The notes below the pieces were generated by a model, which was given only the letters and a program-made list of their open reading frames with translations, did not search any database and had not been told where the DNA came from. The translations under genes and the position numbers were made by a program. Positions 20,209-31,124 of a stretch of 64,000 nucleotides of DNA are shown in pieces. This DNA comes from Selenomonadales bacterium. GTDB lineage: Bacteria > Bacillota > Negativicutes > Sporomusales > UBA7701. Where the stretch lies: assembly GCA_029976065.1 (NCBI GenBank), contig JARKNV010000063.1:6600-70599 (forward strand). Reading direction: 5' to 3'. Each line of letters starts with the position of its first letter. Position 1 is the first letter of the stretch.

Positions 20209-21306
20209 ATGAAGGCAATATGGCAGAAAATCGTCAAACATAACAAATGGATTCTCCTCGCCATCGTCCTGGCCGTGGCCGTAAAGGGCGGCCTGGCCTG
20301 GCAGGCGAGCAGCAAGGCGAAGGCGGCCGGCAACGTGACCACGGCCGCGGTTATCAGGGCCGACATCACGTCGCTGGTATCGGCGACCGGTACGATCAAG
20401 CCGGTGAACGCGGTCGACGTAAGCTCGAAGATCACCGGCCTGATCAGGGAAACGAAGGTGCAGGAGAATGACGTCGTGAAAGCCGGCCAGGTGCTGGTCG
20501 TCCTCGACGATACCCGCCTGCAGGCCCAGGTGTCCCAGGCCCGCGAGCGCCTGGCGAACGCCCAGGCCAACTATGAGCGCAACGAACGCCTCAGCCGGAT
20601 CGGCGCGGTGTCCGACCAGCAGCTCGACAGCGCCCGCCTGGATTACAAGGTGGCCCAGGCCAATTATGACGAGGCCGCCTCCCAGCTCGACGATACGGTG
20701 ATCCGCGCCCCGATCGACGGCGTGGTGATCGGCAAACCCATCCCCGCCGGCCAGACGGTGGCCCAGGGCATTTCGAACCCGATGGTCATCCTGACGGTGG
20801 CCGATCTTTCGCAGATGCAGATCGAGACACAGGTGGACGAGAGCGATATCGGCAAGGTGACGGTCGGCCAGAAGGCGACCTTCACGGTCGACGCCTACCC
20901 GGGCAAGGTTTTCAGCGGCGTGGTGTCGAGCGTTTCCCAGAAGGCGATCGTGCAGCAGAACGTGGTGTACTACGGGGTAATCATCGACGTGGACGCCGGC
21001 GACGGGGAGCTCAAGCCGACCATGACCGCCAGGGTGTCGATCGGCGTGGGCGAGAGCAAGAACGCCCTCACCGTGCCGCTGGCGGCCGTCAAGTCGAATA
21101 AGAACCAGCAGTACGTTGTCGTGATGAAGAACGGCCAGCCGGAAAACGTCAATGTCGCCACCGGTCTCACCAGCGACGACCGGGTGGAGATCACCAGCGG
21201 CCTTCAGGACGGCGACCAGGTCGTCGTTTCCCAGGCCAAACCCCCGCAGCAGCAACAGCAGCGGGGCGGCACGGGCGGCAGCAACCGCGGCCTGATGGGC
21301 CGCTAG
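20209..21306 (+). CDS. MacA-like periplasmic adaptor
   Basis: [34 protein letters not shown]. Confidence 0.93.
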   Translation: MKAIWQKIVKHNKWILLAIVLAVAVKGGLAWQASSKAKAAGNVTTAAVIRADITSLVSATGTIKPVNAVDVSSKITGLIRETKVQENDVVKAGQVLVVLDDTRLQAQVSQARERLANAQANYERNERLSRIGAVSDQQLDSARLDYKVAQANYDEAASQLDDTVIRAPIDGVVIGKPIPAGQTVAQGISNPMVILTVADLSQMQIETQVDESDIGKVTVGQKATFTVDAYPGKVFSGVVSSVSQKAIVQQNVVYYGVIIDVDAGDGELKPTMTARVSIGVGESKNALTVPLAAVKSNKNQQYVVVMKNGQPENVNVATGLTSDDRVEITSGLQDGDQVVVSQAKPPQQQQQRGGTGGSNRGLMGR

Positions 21307-21320
21307 GGGGTGCAGTCGAC

Positions 21321-22001
21321 GTGACGATCGTATTGGCTGATGTTAAAAAGACTTACCTTATGGGCGATACGGTGGTGAACGCCCTCGCCGGCGTCAACCT
21401 CGGCATCGGGGCCGGCGAGTTCACCGCCATCATGGGGCCTTCCGGCTCGGGCAAGTCGACGATGATGAACATCCTCGGTTGCCTGGACCGGCCGACCGAG
21501 GGCTCGTATATGCTCGACGGCCAGGAGGTCGCCACGCTGGGCGACGATGAACTGGCCATCACCCGCAACAAGAAGATCGGGTTCGTGTTCCAGAGTTTCA
21601 ATCTCCTGCCGCGCATGGACGCCCTCCAAAACGTCGCCCTGCCGCTCGTTTACGCCGGGGCGGGCAAGGAGGAACGCACCGAACGGGCCGCCAGGGCGCT
21701 GGAGATGGTCGGCCTGGGGACGCGCATGCACCACCTGCCCAACGAGCTGTCGGGCGGCCAGCGGCAGCGGGTGGCGATCGCCCGCGCCCTGGTGAACGAC
21801 CCGACGATCATCATGGCCGACGAGCCGACCGGCAACCTCGACACCAAATCGGGCGACGAGGTTATGGAGATTTTCCGCGGCCTCAACGAGCTCGGCCGCA
21901 CCGTTATCCTCGTCACCCACGAGCCCGACATCGCCGAGCACGCCCGCCGGGTGGTGCACGTCCGCGACGGCCTGATCGTCCGCGACGACCGGAAGGAGTG
22001 A
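21321..22001 (+). CDS. ABC transporter ATP-binding protein (MacB/LolD type)
   Basis: [36 protein letters not shown]. Confidence 0.96.
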   Translation: MTIVLADVKKTYLMGDTVVNALAGVNLGIGAGEFTAIMGPSGSGKSTMMNILGCLDRPTEGSYMLDGQEVATLGDDELAITRNKKIGFVFQSFNLLPRMDALQNVALPLVYAGAGKEERTERAARALEMVGLGTRMHHLPNELSGGQRQRVAIARALVNDPTIIMADEPTGNLDTKSGDEVMEIFRGLNELGRTVILVTHEPDIAEHARRVVHVRDGLIVRDDRKE

Positions 22002-22006
22002 ACGGT

Positions 22007-23221
22007 ATGCTGAAGGAAAGCGTCGCCATCGCCTGGAGCGCGTTGGTGGCCAACAAGCTGCGCTCCATCCTCACGATGCTCGGCATCATCATCGGCGTCG
22101 GCGCCGTCATCGCGATGATCTCCATCGGCCTGGGGGTGCGCGAGAAGGTTCAGGATTCGATCGCCAGCCTGGGCAGCAACCTGATCATCGTCACCCCCGG
22201 CGCGTCGTCGGCCGGCGGGTCGCGGCAGGCGGCCGGCTCGGCCATCACCTTGACCTACAAGGACGCCCAGGCGGTTGCCCGCAGCGTCGGCGGCGTCAAC
22301 TACGTCGCCCCCAGCGTCGCGCGCGGCTACCAGTTGGTCGCCGGCAACCAGAACTGGACGTCGTCGGTCACCGGCACGACCCCCGAATATCTGCAAGTAC
22401 GCAATCTGGAGGTGGAGAACGGCTCGTTCTTCACCGCCCGCGACCTGGAAACGCGGAACCGCGTGGCGGTCATCGGCCAGACGGTGGCGACCAACCTCTT
22501 CGGGGAAACCAACCCGATCGGCCAGACCGTCAGGATCGGCAAGTCGCCCTTCACCGTCATCGGCGTGCTGGCCAGCAAAGGCCAGTCGATGGGCGGCGCG
22601 GACCAGGACGACACCGTCCTCATCCCGCTGACGACCGCGCAGGAAAGGCTGCTGGGCGTGACCTACATCCAGGCGATCAGCATCCAGGCGGTCAGCCCGG
22701 AGCTGATCGACCAGGTGCAGAACGACATCACCGCGCTGCTCAGGGCCCGCCACGGCCTGCAGGCGGACGAGAACGACGACTTCACCGTCCGCAATCTGGT
22801 GAGCGTAATGCAGACCGCCAACGAGACGACGGGGACAATCACCCTGCTGCTCGGCAACATCGCCGCCATTTCGCTGCTCGTCGGCGGCATCGGCATTATG
22901 AACATCATGCTGGTGTCGGTGACGGAGCGGACGCGGGAGATCGGCATCCGCAAGGCTCTGGGCGCCAGGTACCGCAACATTCTCCTCCAGTTCCTGGTGG
23001 AGGCGGTGAGCATCGGCGTGGTCGGCGGCTTCGCCGGCATCGTCCTCGGCGTGGGCGCGTCGTTCGCCATCTCGGCGATCGCCGGCTGGAAGCCGGTGAT
23101 TTCGTCGCTGGCGATCGTCATCTCGTTCGGCTTCTCGGTGCTGATCGGCCTGTTCTTCGGGCTGTATCCGGCCCGCAAGGCCGCCCTGCTCGACCCCATC
23201 CAGGCGCTGCGCTACGAATAA
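22007..23221 (+). CDS. MacB/FtsX-type ABC permease
   Basis: LRSILTMLGIIIGV, VGGIGIMNIMLVSVTERTREIGIRKALGA, LDPIQALRYE. Confidence 0.95.
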   Translation: MLKESVAIAWSALVANKLRSILTMLGIIIGVGAVIAMISIGLGVREKVQDSIASLGSNLIIVTPGASSAGGSRQAAGSAITLTYKDAQAVARSVGGVNYVAPSVARGYQLVAGNQNWTSSVTGTTPEYLQVRNLEVENGSFFTARDLETRNRVAVIGQTVATNLFGETNPIGQTVRIGKSPFTVIGVLASKGQSMGGADQDDTVLIPLTTAQERLLGVTYIQAISIQAVSPELIDQVQNDITALLRARHGLQADENDDFTVRNLVSVMQTANETTGTITLLLGNIAAISLLVGGIGIMNIMLVSVTERTREIGIRKALGARYRNILLQFLVEAVSIGVVGGFAGIVLGVGASFAISAIAGWKPVISSLAIVISFGFSVLIGLFFGLYPARKAALLDPIQALRYE

Positions 23222-23231
23222 GAATATGCGC

Positions 23232-23265
23232 AAAGACGCCGGCCCGAATCGGGCCGGCGTCTTTT
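23232..23265. terminator. Bidirectional terminator
   Basis: AAAGACGCCGGCCC-gaatc-GGGCCGGCGTCTTTT between convergent operons. Confidence 0.85.
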
Positions 23266-23275
23266 GTGATTTTCT

Positions 23276-26200
23276 TTACAGGCTGCGGGAGGCGGCTTTC
23301 TTTTCCCGCCTGTGCTGCTTGTATTCTTTGAGTTTCTCCGCCGAGCGCTCGACGATGACGAACAGCAGCGGGATGAGGAAGATGCCGATGGAGGTGGCGG
23401 CGAACATGCCGCCGACGACGGCCGTGCCCATGGCGTTGCGGGCGCCGGCGCCGGCGCCGCTGGCGATGGCCAGCGGGATGCAGCCGATGATGAAGGCCAG
23501 CGAGGTCATGATGATCGGCCGCAGCCTGATCTTGGCGGCTTCGATGGCGGCGGGGATGAAGGCCATTCCCTTGTCGACCCTGACCTTGGCGAATTCGACG
23601 ATCAGGATGGCGTTCTTGGCCGCCAGGCCGATAAGCATGATCAAGGCGATCTGCATGTAGATGTTGTTGTTGATGTGGCTGTTGAACAGGTGGCGCCCGT
23701 ACTGGAAGAAGAAGGCCCCGAACACGCCGGCGGGCACGCACAGCAGGACGGCGAAGGGGACGGTCCAGCTTTCATACAGCGCCGCCAGGCAGAGGAAGAC
23801 GAACAGGAGGGAGAGGGCGAACATCAGCGGCGCCTTGCTGCCGGAGATTTTCTCCTCGCGGCTCTGGTCGGCCCATTCGAAGGCGAAGCCGGACGGCAGG
23901 CTCTCCTTGGCGACCTCCTCCAGGGCGGCGAGCGCCTGGCCGGAGCTGTAGCCCGGGGCGGGGTTGCCGCCGATCTGGATGGCGCGGTAGCTGTTGAAGC
24001 GCTTGATGAGCGAGGGGGCGTTGACGGGTTTGGGCTTCAGCAGGTTGTTGAGCGGCACCATCGTGCCGGAGCTGGTGCGGACGAAGAAGAAGCGCAGGGC
24101 GTCGACATCGCTCCTGAACTGCGGCTCGGCCTGCATGATGACTTTGTAGGAGCGGCCGAAGCGGTTGAAGTCGTTGATCTGCGATCCGCCGAAGTAGGCC
24201 TGGAGGGCGCTGAATACGTCGCTGACCGGGATGCCGAGCTTGAGGGCCTTCTCGCGGTCGACCTCGAACTCGTAGCCGGGGGTGTTGCTGCTGAACGAGG
24301 AGTAGATCATGCCGATCTCGGGCCGCTTGCGGGCGGCGGCGACGAATTCCTTGGAGACGCGGTCCATTTCGTCGAGGGTGGAGCCGGCGCGGTCCTCGAT
24401 CATCATCGTGAAGCCGCCGGTGGTGCCGATGCCGGGCAGGGCCGGCGGGGCGAAGGCGAGCACGGTGGCTTCGGGGATGCCGGCGTTGTTCATGAACATC
24501 TTCTGGATCTGGCTGTCAATCGACAGTTCCTTCGAGGTCCGCTCGTCCCACGGATTCAGCTTGGTAAAAACGACGCCGACGTTGGGCTTGCGGCCGCCGC
24601 TGAGGAGGTCGAAGCCGGTGATGGCCATGGCCGCCTCGACGCCGGGCTGGGCGCTGATGTTGTCGGCCACCTTGTTGATGATCTCGCGGGTGCGGTTCAT
24701 GTTGGCCGCTTCCGGCAGGGAGACGCTGGTGATTACGAATCCCTGGTCCTCGTCGGGGACGAAGGACGAGGGCAGCACGCGGAAAATCGCGCCGGTAAGG
24801 ATGAGCAGCACGACGATGAGCACGAGGCCAAGGCGGGCTTGGGGGAAGAGCTTGGCGAGGACGCCGCCGTAGCGCTCGACCATCCTGTCGAACCAGTCGT
24901 TGAACTTTTCGAGCACCAGGCCGATCTTGCCGCCGTGGGCGTTGGGGTCATAGGGCTCGAGGAGCAGGGCGCACAGCGCGGGGGTGAGGGACAGGGCGAC
25001 GAGGGCCGACAGGCCCATGGAAACGGCGACGGTAAGGGCGAACTGCTTGTAGAGCACGCCCATGGTGCCGCCGAGGAAGGCGACGGGGATGAAAACGGAC
25101 GCCAGCACGAAGGCGATGGCGACGACCGGCCCGGATACCTCGCCCATCGCCCGGATGGTGGCGTCGCGCGGGCTGAGGCCGTTGTAGCGCATATGGTGCT
25201 CGACGGCTTCGATGACGACGATGGCGTCGTCGACGACCAGGCCGATGGCCAGCACCATGGCGAACAGGGTGAGGGTGTTGATGGAGAAGCCGAGAAGCAG
25301 GAAGGCGCCGAAGGTGCCGATGAGCGACACGGGCACGGCCAGCATCGGGATGAGCGTGGCCCGCCAGCTCTTGAGGAAGATGAAGACGACGAGCAGCACG
25401 AGACCGATGGCCTCGGCGAAGGTCCAGGCCACCTCTTCCATCGATTCGCGGACGTACTGGGCGCTGTCGACGACGACCTTGTATTTCATGTCGTTGGGGA
25501 AGCGCTTGGCGGCTTCCTCGATGACGGCGATGCAGTTGGCGACCGTTTCAAGGGCGTTGGCGTCCGGGCTGAGCTGGATGGAGAAGCCGGCCGTGGGCTG
25601 GCCGCCGAGGTCGGAGAAGAAGCCATAGTCCTTGGCCCCTAATTCGACGGTGGCGACGTCGCCGACGCGGATGAAGGAGCCGTCGGGCTTGGCGCGGATG
25701 ACGATGCGGGCGAATTCTTCGGGCTCGGTGAGGCGGCCCTTGGCGCGCAGGCTGTACTGGTGCTCCTGGTTGGGGTTGGAGGGCAGCTGGCCGACGATGC
25801 CGGCCGGGGCCTGGATGTTCTGCTGCTTGATGGCGGTGGCGACGTCGGCGGACGTGACCTTGAGCTGGGCCATCTTGTCGGGCTGCAGCCAGATGCGCAT
25901 CGCGAAGTCGGCGCCGAATTCGCTGACCTCGCCCACGCCTTTGACGCGTTTGAGGTCGTCGACGAAGTTCAGGCTGCCGTAGTTTTTCAGGAAGGTCTTG
26001 TCATAGGTGCCATTGGGAGAATAGAGGGCGAAGATGAGCGCCCGGTCCTGGGAGGCCTTGAAGGTGGTGACGCCGGACTGCTGGACGTCGTCGGGCAGGG
26101 CGGCGTTGGCCTGGGCGACGCGATTCTGGGTCTGGACGGTGGCCAGGTCGGCGTTCTTGCCGAGCTGGAATTTAACGCTCAGCGAATAGTACGAACCGTT

Positions 26201-26452
26201 GTCCGAGCTGGTGGACTGCATGGCGATCATGTCTTCCACGCCGTTGACCTGCTGCTCGATAACCTGGGCGACCGTCTGCTCGATGACGTCGGCGTTGGCG
26301 CCGGCGTAGAACGTGCTGACGCTGACCTGCGGCGGCGTTATCTGCGGGTATTGGGCAATCGGCAGGTTGAAGGCGGAGATGAGGCCGCCCAGCGTTATGA
26401 CGATCGACAGCACGATGGCGAAGATCGGCCGGTCGATAAAGAATTTAGCCAC
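23276..26452 (-). CDS. HAE1-family RND multidrug efflux permease (AcrB/BepE-like)
   Basis: FFIDRPIFA, AIGLVVDDAIVV, GLAAKNAILIVEFA, RLRPIIMTS; 1058 aa. Confidence 0.97.
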   Translation of the reverse strand: MAKFFIDRPIFAIVLSIVITLGGLISAFNLPIAQYPQITPPQVSVSTFYAGANADVIEQTVAQVIEQQVNGVEDMIAMQSTSSDNGSYYSLSVKFQLGKNADLATVQTQNRVAQANAALPDDVQQSGVTTFKASQDRALIFALYSPNGTYDKTFLKNYGSLNFVDDLKRVKGVGEVSEFGADFAMRIWLQPDKMAQLKVTSADVATAIKQQNIQAPAGIVGQLPSNPNQEHQYSLRAKGRLTEPEEFARIVIRAKPDGSFIRVGDVATVELGAKDYGFFSDLGGQPTAGFSIQLSPDANALETVANCIAVIEEAAKRFPNDMKYKVVVDSAQYVRESMEEVAWTFAEAIGLVLLVVFIFLKSWRATLIPMLAVPVSLIGTFGAFLLLGFSINTLTLFAMVLAIGLVVDDAIVVIEAVEHHMRYNGLSPRDATIRAMGEVSGPVVAIAFVLASVFIPVAFLGGTMGVLYKQFALTVAVSMGLSALVALSLTPALCALLLEPYDPNAHGGKIGLVLEKFNDWFDRMVERYGGVLAKLFPQARLGLVLIVVLLILTGAIFRVLPSSFVPDEDQGFVITSVSLPEAANMNRTREIINKVADNISAQPGVEAAMAITGFDLLSGGRKPNVGVVFTKLNPWDERTSKELSIDSQIQKMFMNNAGIPEATVLAFAPPALPGIGTTGGFTMMIEDRAGSTLDEMDRVSKEFVAAARKRPEIGMIYSSFSSNTPGYEFEVDREKALKLGIPVSDVFSALQAYFGGSQINDFNRFGRSYKVIMQAEPQFRSDVDALRFFFVRTSSGTMVPLNNLLKPKPVNAPSLIKRFNSYRAIQIGGNPAPGYSSGQALAALEEVAKESLPSGFAFEWADQSREEKISGSKAPLMFALSLLFVFLCLAALYESWTVPFAVLLCVPAGVFGAFFFQYGRHLFNSHINNNIYMQIALIMLIGLAAKNAILIVEFAKVRVDKGMAFIPAAIEAAKIRLRPIIMTSLAFIIGCIPLAIASGAGAGARNAMGTAVVGGMFAATSIGIFLIPLLFVIVERSAEKLKEYKQHRREKKAASRSL

Positions 26453-26462
26453 GGGGTACCTC

Positions 26463-27620
26463 CTATTGCTGCGCCGCAGGCTTGATGTCTTCCGGCGTAA
26501 TCATCGTAACCTTCAGCGGGGTGCCCGGGGTCGCCTTGGCGAAGCCTTCGACGACGATGCGGTCGCCTTCGGCCAGACCTTCCTCGACGATCCACATGAT
26601 GCCTACCTTGGGGCCCATCTTGACGGGACGCGATTCGGCCTTGTCGCCTTCGGCGACGACGGTGATGAAGGTTTTGCCGAGCATCTCCTGCACGGCCCGC
26701 TCGGGTACTAAAAGTGCGCCGGGACGCATTTCGCCCTGGGCGGCGATGCGGGCGAACATGCCGGGGATGAGGATTTTCTGCGGGTTGGCGAACGACGCCT
26801 TGATGGTGAGGGTGCCGGTTTCGGTGCTCAGGCCGCGGTCGACCTGCTCGATCTGGCCGGTAACCTGGTACTTGCTGCCGTCGCTCAGCAGCAGGGCGAG
26901 ATTTTTGCCCCATTCGCCCGTGGCGCTGACATTGCCCATGCGGGTGAATTTGAGGTATTCCGTCTCGCTGAGGCTGAACTGGACGAACACGGGGTCGACG
27001 GTGGAGATGGTCGCCAGGACGGTCGAGCCGGCGGTGACGTAGCTGCCGACGGCCGGGTCCTTGACGTCGATGCGGCCGCTGAAGGGAGCGACGACAAGGG
27101 TATCGCTGAGGTCGTTGGCGGCCTGCTGGACGCGGGCCCGGTTGGCGTCAACGACGGCGGCGTTCTGGGCTTCGGCCGACAGTTGGGTGTCGAGGGCCTG
27201 CTTGGCGATCGCCTGCTGGGCGTAGAGCTTCTGGTAGCGCATCGAGTCGAGGCGCGAGTTGGCAAGCGTCGCCTCGGACTGGGCGAGGGTCGCCCGGGCG
27301 CTCAGCAGGGCGGTCTCGTACTGGCGGCGGTCGATTTGGAAGAGCGGTTGCCCTTCGGTGACGTTGGCGCCGCCTTCGAACATCTTGGCGATGATGTTGC
27401 CGGAGACCTTGGCCCTGATCTGCACTTCGTTCTTGGCGATCACCTGGCCGACGTACTCGTATGTAACCGGGGTGTCCCGCTTGACGACCTGGGTCGCCTT
27501 CACGGCCACAGCCTGGACGGGCTGAGCCTGCTTGCCGCCGCAGCCGGCGACGACCGCCGCGACGAGCACGGCGGCGACGAGGCCGGCGTAACTGCTGCGC
27601 TTACTGATAGTTCTGAGCAT
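26463..27620 (-). CDS. RND periplasmic adaptor lipoprotein (AcrA-like)
   Basis: VAGC lipobox, VVAPFSGRI, LIPGMFARI. Confidence 0.95.
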   Translation of the reverse strand: MLRTISKRSSYAGLVAAVLVAAVVAGCGGKQAQPVQAVAVKATQVVKRDTPVTYEYVGQVIAKNEVQIRAKVSGNIIAKMFEGGANVTEGQPLFQIDRRQYETALLSARATLAQSEATLANSRLDSMRYQKLYAQQAIAKQALDTQLSAEAQNAAVVDANRARVQQAANDLSDTLVVAPFSGRIDVKDPAVGSYVTAGSTVLATISTVDPVFVQFSLSETEYLKFTRMGNVSATGEWGKNLALLLSDGSKYQVTGQIEQVDRGLSTETGTLTIKASFANPQKILIPGMFARIAAQGEMRPGALLVPERAVQEMLGKTFITVVAEGDKAESRPVKMGPKVGIMWIVEEGLAEGDRIVVEGFAKATPGTPLKVTMITPEDIKPAAQQ

Positions 27621-27814
27621 CGGCTAATCCTCCTTAATTTATAAAGGGAATCTGGCATTTTTGCCAGCGGTTATCGACTTTTGTCAATGTCTATGCTAAA
27701 CTGGTGTTAAATATTAAATAATTATTTATTATTAAGATATGTTTACTATATATTACATATTACTGGTTTGCCACGTCGCTGTCAATGTGAAAAATTGCGT
27801 ACAGGGGGGCCTTT

Positions 27815-28249
27815 ATGAACCGGATGGAAACCGCCGAGCAGCTGTTTGATTTGTTTTTCCTCCTCAAGCAGAGGCTGGTCCGCCACGCTGCCCGACTAGT
27901 CAAACAAGAATTCAGCCCGATGCAGATGCACGTTCTTTTCACTATGCTGGACAGGGATGTCTTTTCCATGAGCGAGTTGGCCCGCGAGGTTCTCATCTCC
28001 AAGCAGCAGCTGACTCCCCTCGTCGATAAGCTTGCAGCCGCCGGCCTGATTATCCGGGAGGCCGATTCCGAAGACAGGCGGGTGGTCAAGGTGCGCATCT
28101 CCTCTGCCGGCATGGCTTTTCTCGCGACTCACAAACGGGAAGCGATCGGCGTGTATGAAGAAATGATCGCCAGTCTCAGCCAGGATGATCTCGCCTGCTT
28201 GAACGATGCGCTCAACGGTCTGCGGCAAATCATCCGCAAGCTGCCCTAG
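27815..28249 (+). CDS. MarR-family regulator divergent from the RND operon
   Basis: SELAREV..SKQQLTPLVDKL...G.I.R...EDRR; AT-rich intergenic region. Confidence 0.92.
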   Translation: MNRMETAEQLFDLFFLLKQRLVRHAARLVKQEFSPMQMHVLFTMLDRDVFSMSELAREVLISKQQLTPLVDKLAAAGLIIREADSEDRRVVKVRISSAGMAFLATHKREAIGVYEEMIASLSQDDLACLNDALNGLRQIIRKLP

Positions 28250-28311
28250 AAAAACGCGCCGGCCGCGCCGATGTGCCCGCGCGGCCGCCTAGCGGACGCC
28301 GCCGGCATCCG

Positions 28312-29535
28312 TCATAGAACCTGGCTGATATGCATGACCTTGAACTTGCCGCCGCTCTTGCCGGCGGCTTTGCTTAACTGCACGAGGCACACCGGACATT
28401 CGGACACGACGATGTCGGCGCCGCTTTTCTCGATGTTGGCCTGTTTCTTGTCGAGGATGGCGGCGGCGACTTCGGGGTAGTCGGTGTGGAACGACCCCGC
28501 CCCGCCGCAGCAGGTGTCGGCGCCCGCCATTTCGACGAAGTCCCCCGCCGCGCTCAGCAGCTGGCGGGGCTCTTTTTTCACCCCCTGGCCGCGGCCGAGG
28601 TGGCAGGGCTCGTGGAAGGTTATTTTCGCGGTCGAGCACTGGCGGGGCTGGTAGCCGGCCTTGACGAGGTATTCGGACAGGCTCATGATCTTGGCGCTGA
28701 AGGCTTCGGCCGCCTGCCGCCACTCGGGATCGGCGGCAAGGTAGGCGCCGATGTGTTTGAGGGTGCCGGCGCAGCTGGCGCAGTCGCTGACGATGATGTC
28801 GGCGCCGGCGTACAGGGCGATGTTTTCCCTGGCGAGGGCGAGGAAGTCGCCCCATTGGCCGTGGGCGAGGTGGGGCAGGCCGCAGCAGACGTTGTCTATT
28901 GCGGTGGGCGTGGTGACGGCGCCGAGGATTTTGCGCGTTTCGGCGACCGCCCCGGGGAACATCATCCGCATGCCGCAGCCCTGGAAGTAGGCTACTTTGG
29001 CGTTTGCGGCCACGGCCGCCGCGGCGGCGGGAGCCGGACCGGCCAGGGCGGCCGGGCCGGCGAAGCAGGCCAGGTACTGCGCGCGGCTCATGGGCGACGG
29101 CGCCATGCCGAAGGGCACGAGGCCGCCGAGGCCGAGCCGGCGGACCGCCCCGAGGGCACCGGCGGAGAATTTGACGAGGTTTTTGCGTTTCATCATGGCG
29201 CCGAGGGCGCGGTATTTGGCGTTCGGGCCGCCGGCCCTGTCGGTGATGTATTGGCGGAGGGCGATCATGGCTTCGTCGGTTTTGACTTTGCTGGGGCAGT
29301 TGTCGATGCAGGTGCGGCATAGCAGGCAAAAGTTCATTTTTTCAAGCACCCGGCCGTCGGGCGCGAAGCCGCCTTCGACGACGGCGCGGGCGAGGATGTT
29401 CTTGCCGCGGGCGCTCGACGCCTCGACGTCTTTTACGCCGAACAGCGGGCAGACGGTCAGGCAGGTGCCGCAGCGGTCGCACTGGGTGACGATATCTTGG
29501 ACTTCCTTCAGCAGGTCGCGGTTGTTGTCCGTCAT
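28312..29535 (-). CDS. glcF: GlcF-like Fe-S subunit (two 4Fe-4S motifs, two CCG domains)
   Basis: CDRCGTCLTVCP, CLLCRTCIDNCP, CCGLP, CCGGAG; start after AAGGAG. Confidence 0.9.
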   Translation of the reverse strand: MTDNNRDLLKEVQDIVTQCDRCGTCLTVCPLFGVKDVEASSARGKNILARAVVEGGFAPDGRVLEKMNFCLLCRTCIDNCPSKVKTDEAMIALRQYITDRAGGPNAKYRALGAMMKRKNLVKFSAGALGAVRRLGLGGLVPFGMAPSPMSRAQYLACFAGPAALAGPAPAAAAAVAANAKVAYFQGCGMRMMFPGAVAETRKILGAVTTPTAIDNVCCGLPHLAHGQWGDFLALARENIALYAGADIIVSDCASCAGTLKHIGAYLAADPEWRQAAEAFSAKIMSLSEYLVKAGYQPRQCSTAKITFHEPCHLGRGQGVKKEPRQLLSAAGDFVEMAGADTCCGGAGSFHTDYPEVAAAILDKKQANIEKSGADIVVSECPVCLVQLSKAAGKSGGKFKVMHISQVL

Positions 29536-29556
29536 GTCAGACTCCTTGCTCATGGG

Positions 29557-30945
29557 TCACCAGATTTTGTCGGGGTTGAGGATGCCTTTGGGGTCGAGGG
29601 CCAGCTTGATGGCTTTGAGGGTGGCCACCCCGTCCTCGCCGAGGGCGGCGGCGATGTAGCGTCTCTTGGTCATGCCGATGCCGTGCTCGCCGGACAGGGT
29701 TCCCCCCACGGCCAGCGCGGCAGCGAAGATTTCGTCGACAGCCTTGTGGACCCGCTCGGCCTCCTCGGGGTTGGAGAGGTCGCAGAGCACGGAGGGATGA
29801 AGGTTGCCGTCGCCGGCGTGGCCGTATACGGCGATGGGGATGGCGTGTTTTTCCGAGATCTTTTTTATCCGCCGGACGACTTCGGGGAAGGCGTCGCGCG
29901 GCACGGAGATGTCTTCGCCCATTCTGACGGGGGCCAGGGCGCCGATCGCCGAGCTGAGGCCGCGGCGGATGGCCCAGATGTCGTCCGCTTCTTTCGGCGA
30001 GGCGGCGATGCGGACTTCGGCCACCCCGAAGCCGCGGGCGATCCGGTCGATCGCGGCGGCCTGCTTGTCGAGGGCGGCCGCGTCCTCGCCGTCGATCTCG
30101 ATGATGACGCACGCTTCGATGGCCGGGTCGATGTCCATTTTACGATGGCGGGCGACCGCCTGGATGCTCATCTCGTCCATCAGTTCGGCCGACGCCGGCA
30201 CGACTCCGGCCTGGAGCATGCCGTGGATGGTGGCGCAGGCGTCGTCGAGCGAGGGGAACATGAGCTGGAGGGTGTTGCGGGCCTTGGGCATGGGGATAAG
30301 GCGCAGGAGGATTTTGGTGATGATGCCGAGGGTGCCTTCCGAGCCGGTGAACAGGCTGGTGAGGTTGTAGCCGGTGACGTTCTTGATCGCCTTGCCGCCG
30401 GTGTTGATGACCCGTCCGTCGGCGAGGACGACTTCCAGCCCCATGACGTAATTGTTTGTTACGCCGTATTTGACGGCCCGCATGCCGCCGGCGTTCTCGG
30501 CGATGTTGCCGCCGATGGTGGACATTTTCCAACTGGCCGGGTCGGGCGGATAGAACAGCCCTTTGGCGGCGCAGTGGTTGTAAAGGTCGATCGTCCTCAC
30601 TCCCGGCTCGACGGTGACCATCATGTTGCGTTCGTCGAGCTCAAGGATCTTCGTCATCCGGTCGAGGGTGAGCGATATGCCGCCCCGCACGGGGATGGAG
30701 CCGCCGGTGCGCCCGCTGGCGGCGCCCCGAGGGGTGACGGGGATGGCGTGTTCATTGGCGATGGCCATGACGGTCGATACTTCGGCGGTCGTGACAGGGC
30801 GGACGACAAGCTCCGGGCTGTTGGCCGGCAGCAGAGGAATGAAAGAGGAGTCATAGGAGTAGCCGAACCGGTCGAGGTCGGCGTCAAGGACGTTTTCAGG
30901 CCCCACGGCCGCGCGGAGTTTCGCTTTTATCGCTTCGCTTATCAT
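29557..30945 (-). CDS. glcD: FAD-linked 2-hydroxy-acid oxidoreductase (GlcD/D-lactate dehydrogenase-like)
   Basis: YPPDPAS, GGMRAVKYG, GSEGTLG, GHAGDGNLH, GEHGIG, LDPKGILNP. Confidence 0.92.
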   Translation of the reverse strand: MISEAIKAKLRAAVGPENVLDADLDRFGYSYDSSFIPLLPANSPELVVRPVTTAEVSTVMAIANEHAIPVTPRGAASGRTGGSIPVRGGISLTLDRMTKILELDERNMMVTVEPGVRTIDLYNHCAAKGLFYPPDPASWKMSTIGGNIAENAGGMRAVKYGVTNNYVMGLEVVLADGRVINTGGKAIKNVTGYNLTSLFTGSEGTLGIITKILLRLIPMPKARNTLQLMFPSLDDACATIHGMLQAGVVPASAELMDEMSIQAVARHRKMDIDPAIEACVIIEIDGEDAAALDKQAAAIDRIARGFGVAEVRIAASPKEADDIWAIRRGLSSAIGALAPVRMGEDISVPRDAFPEVVRRIKKISEKHAIPIAVYGHAGDGNLHPSVLCDLSNPEEAERVHKAVDEIFAAALAVGGTLSGEHGIGMTKRRYIAAALGEDGVATLKAIKLALDPKGILNPDKIW

Positions 30946-31059
30946 TTTTCCGCCTCCTGATTTGGTATCTCGCAAGCTTGGCTCTACCCCAAATTATAGC
31001 ATATATATCGGCGTAGCGGCTGGAAACATAGCGCGGAAACGTTGGGCGCCGCCCCGGCG

Positions 31060-31092
31060 AAAAAGGCCACCCGCTGTCAAGCGGGTGGCCTT
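31060..31092 (-). terminator. Terminator after the thioesterase gene
   Basis: AAGGCCACCCGC-tgtcaa-GCGGGTGGCCTT with flanking A-run. Confidence 0.75.
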
Positions 31093-31124
31093 GTAGGCGG
31101 CATGCGGGCCGATGGCAGGCACAG

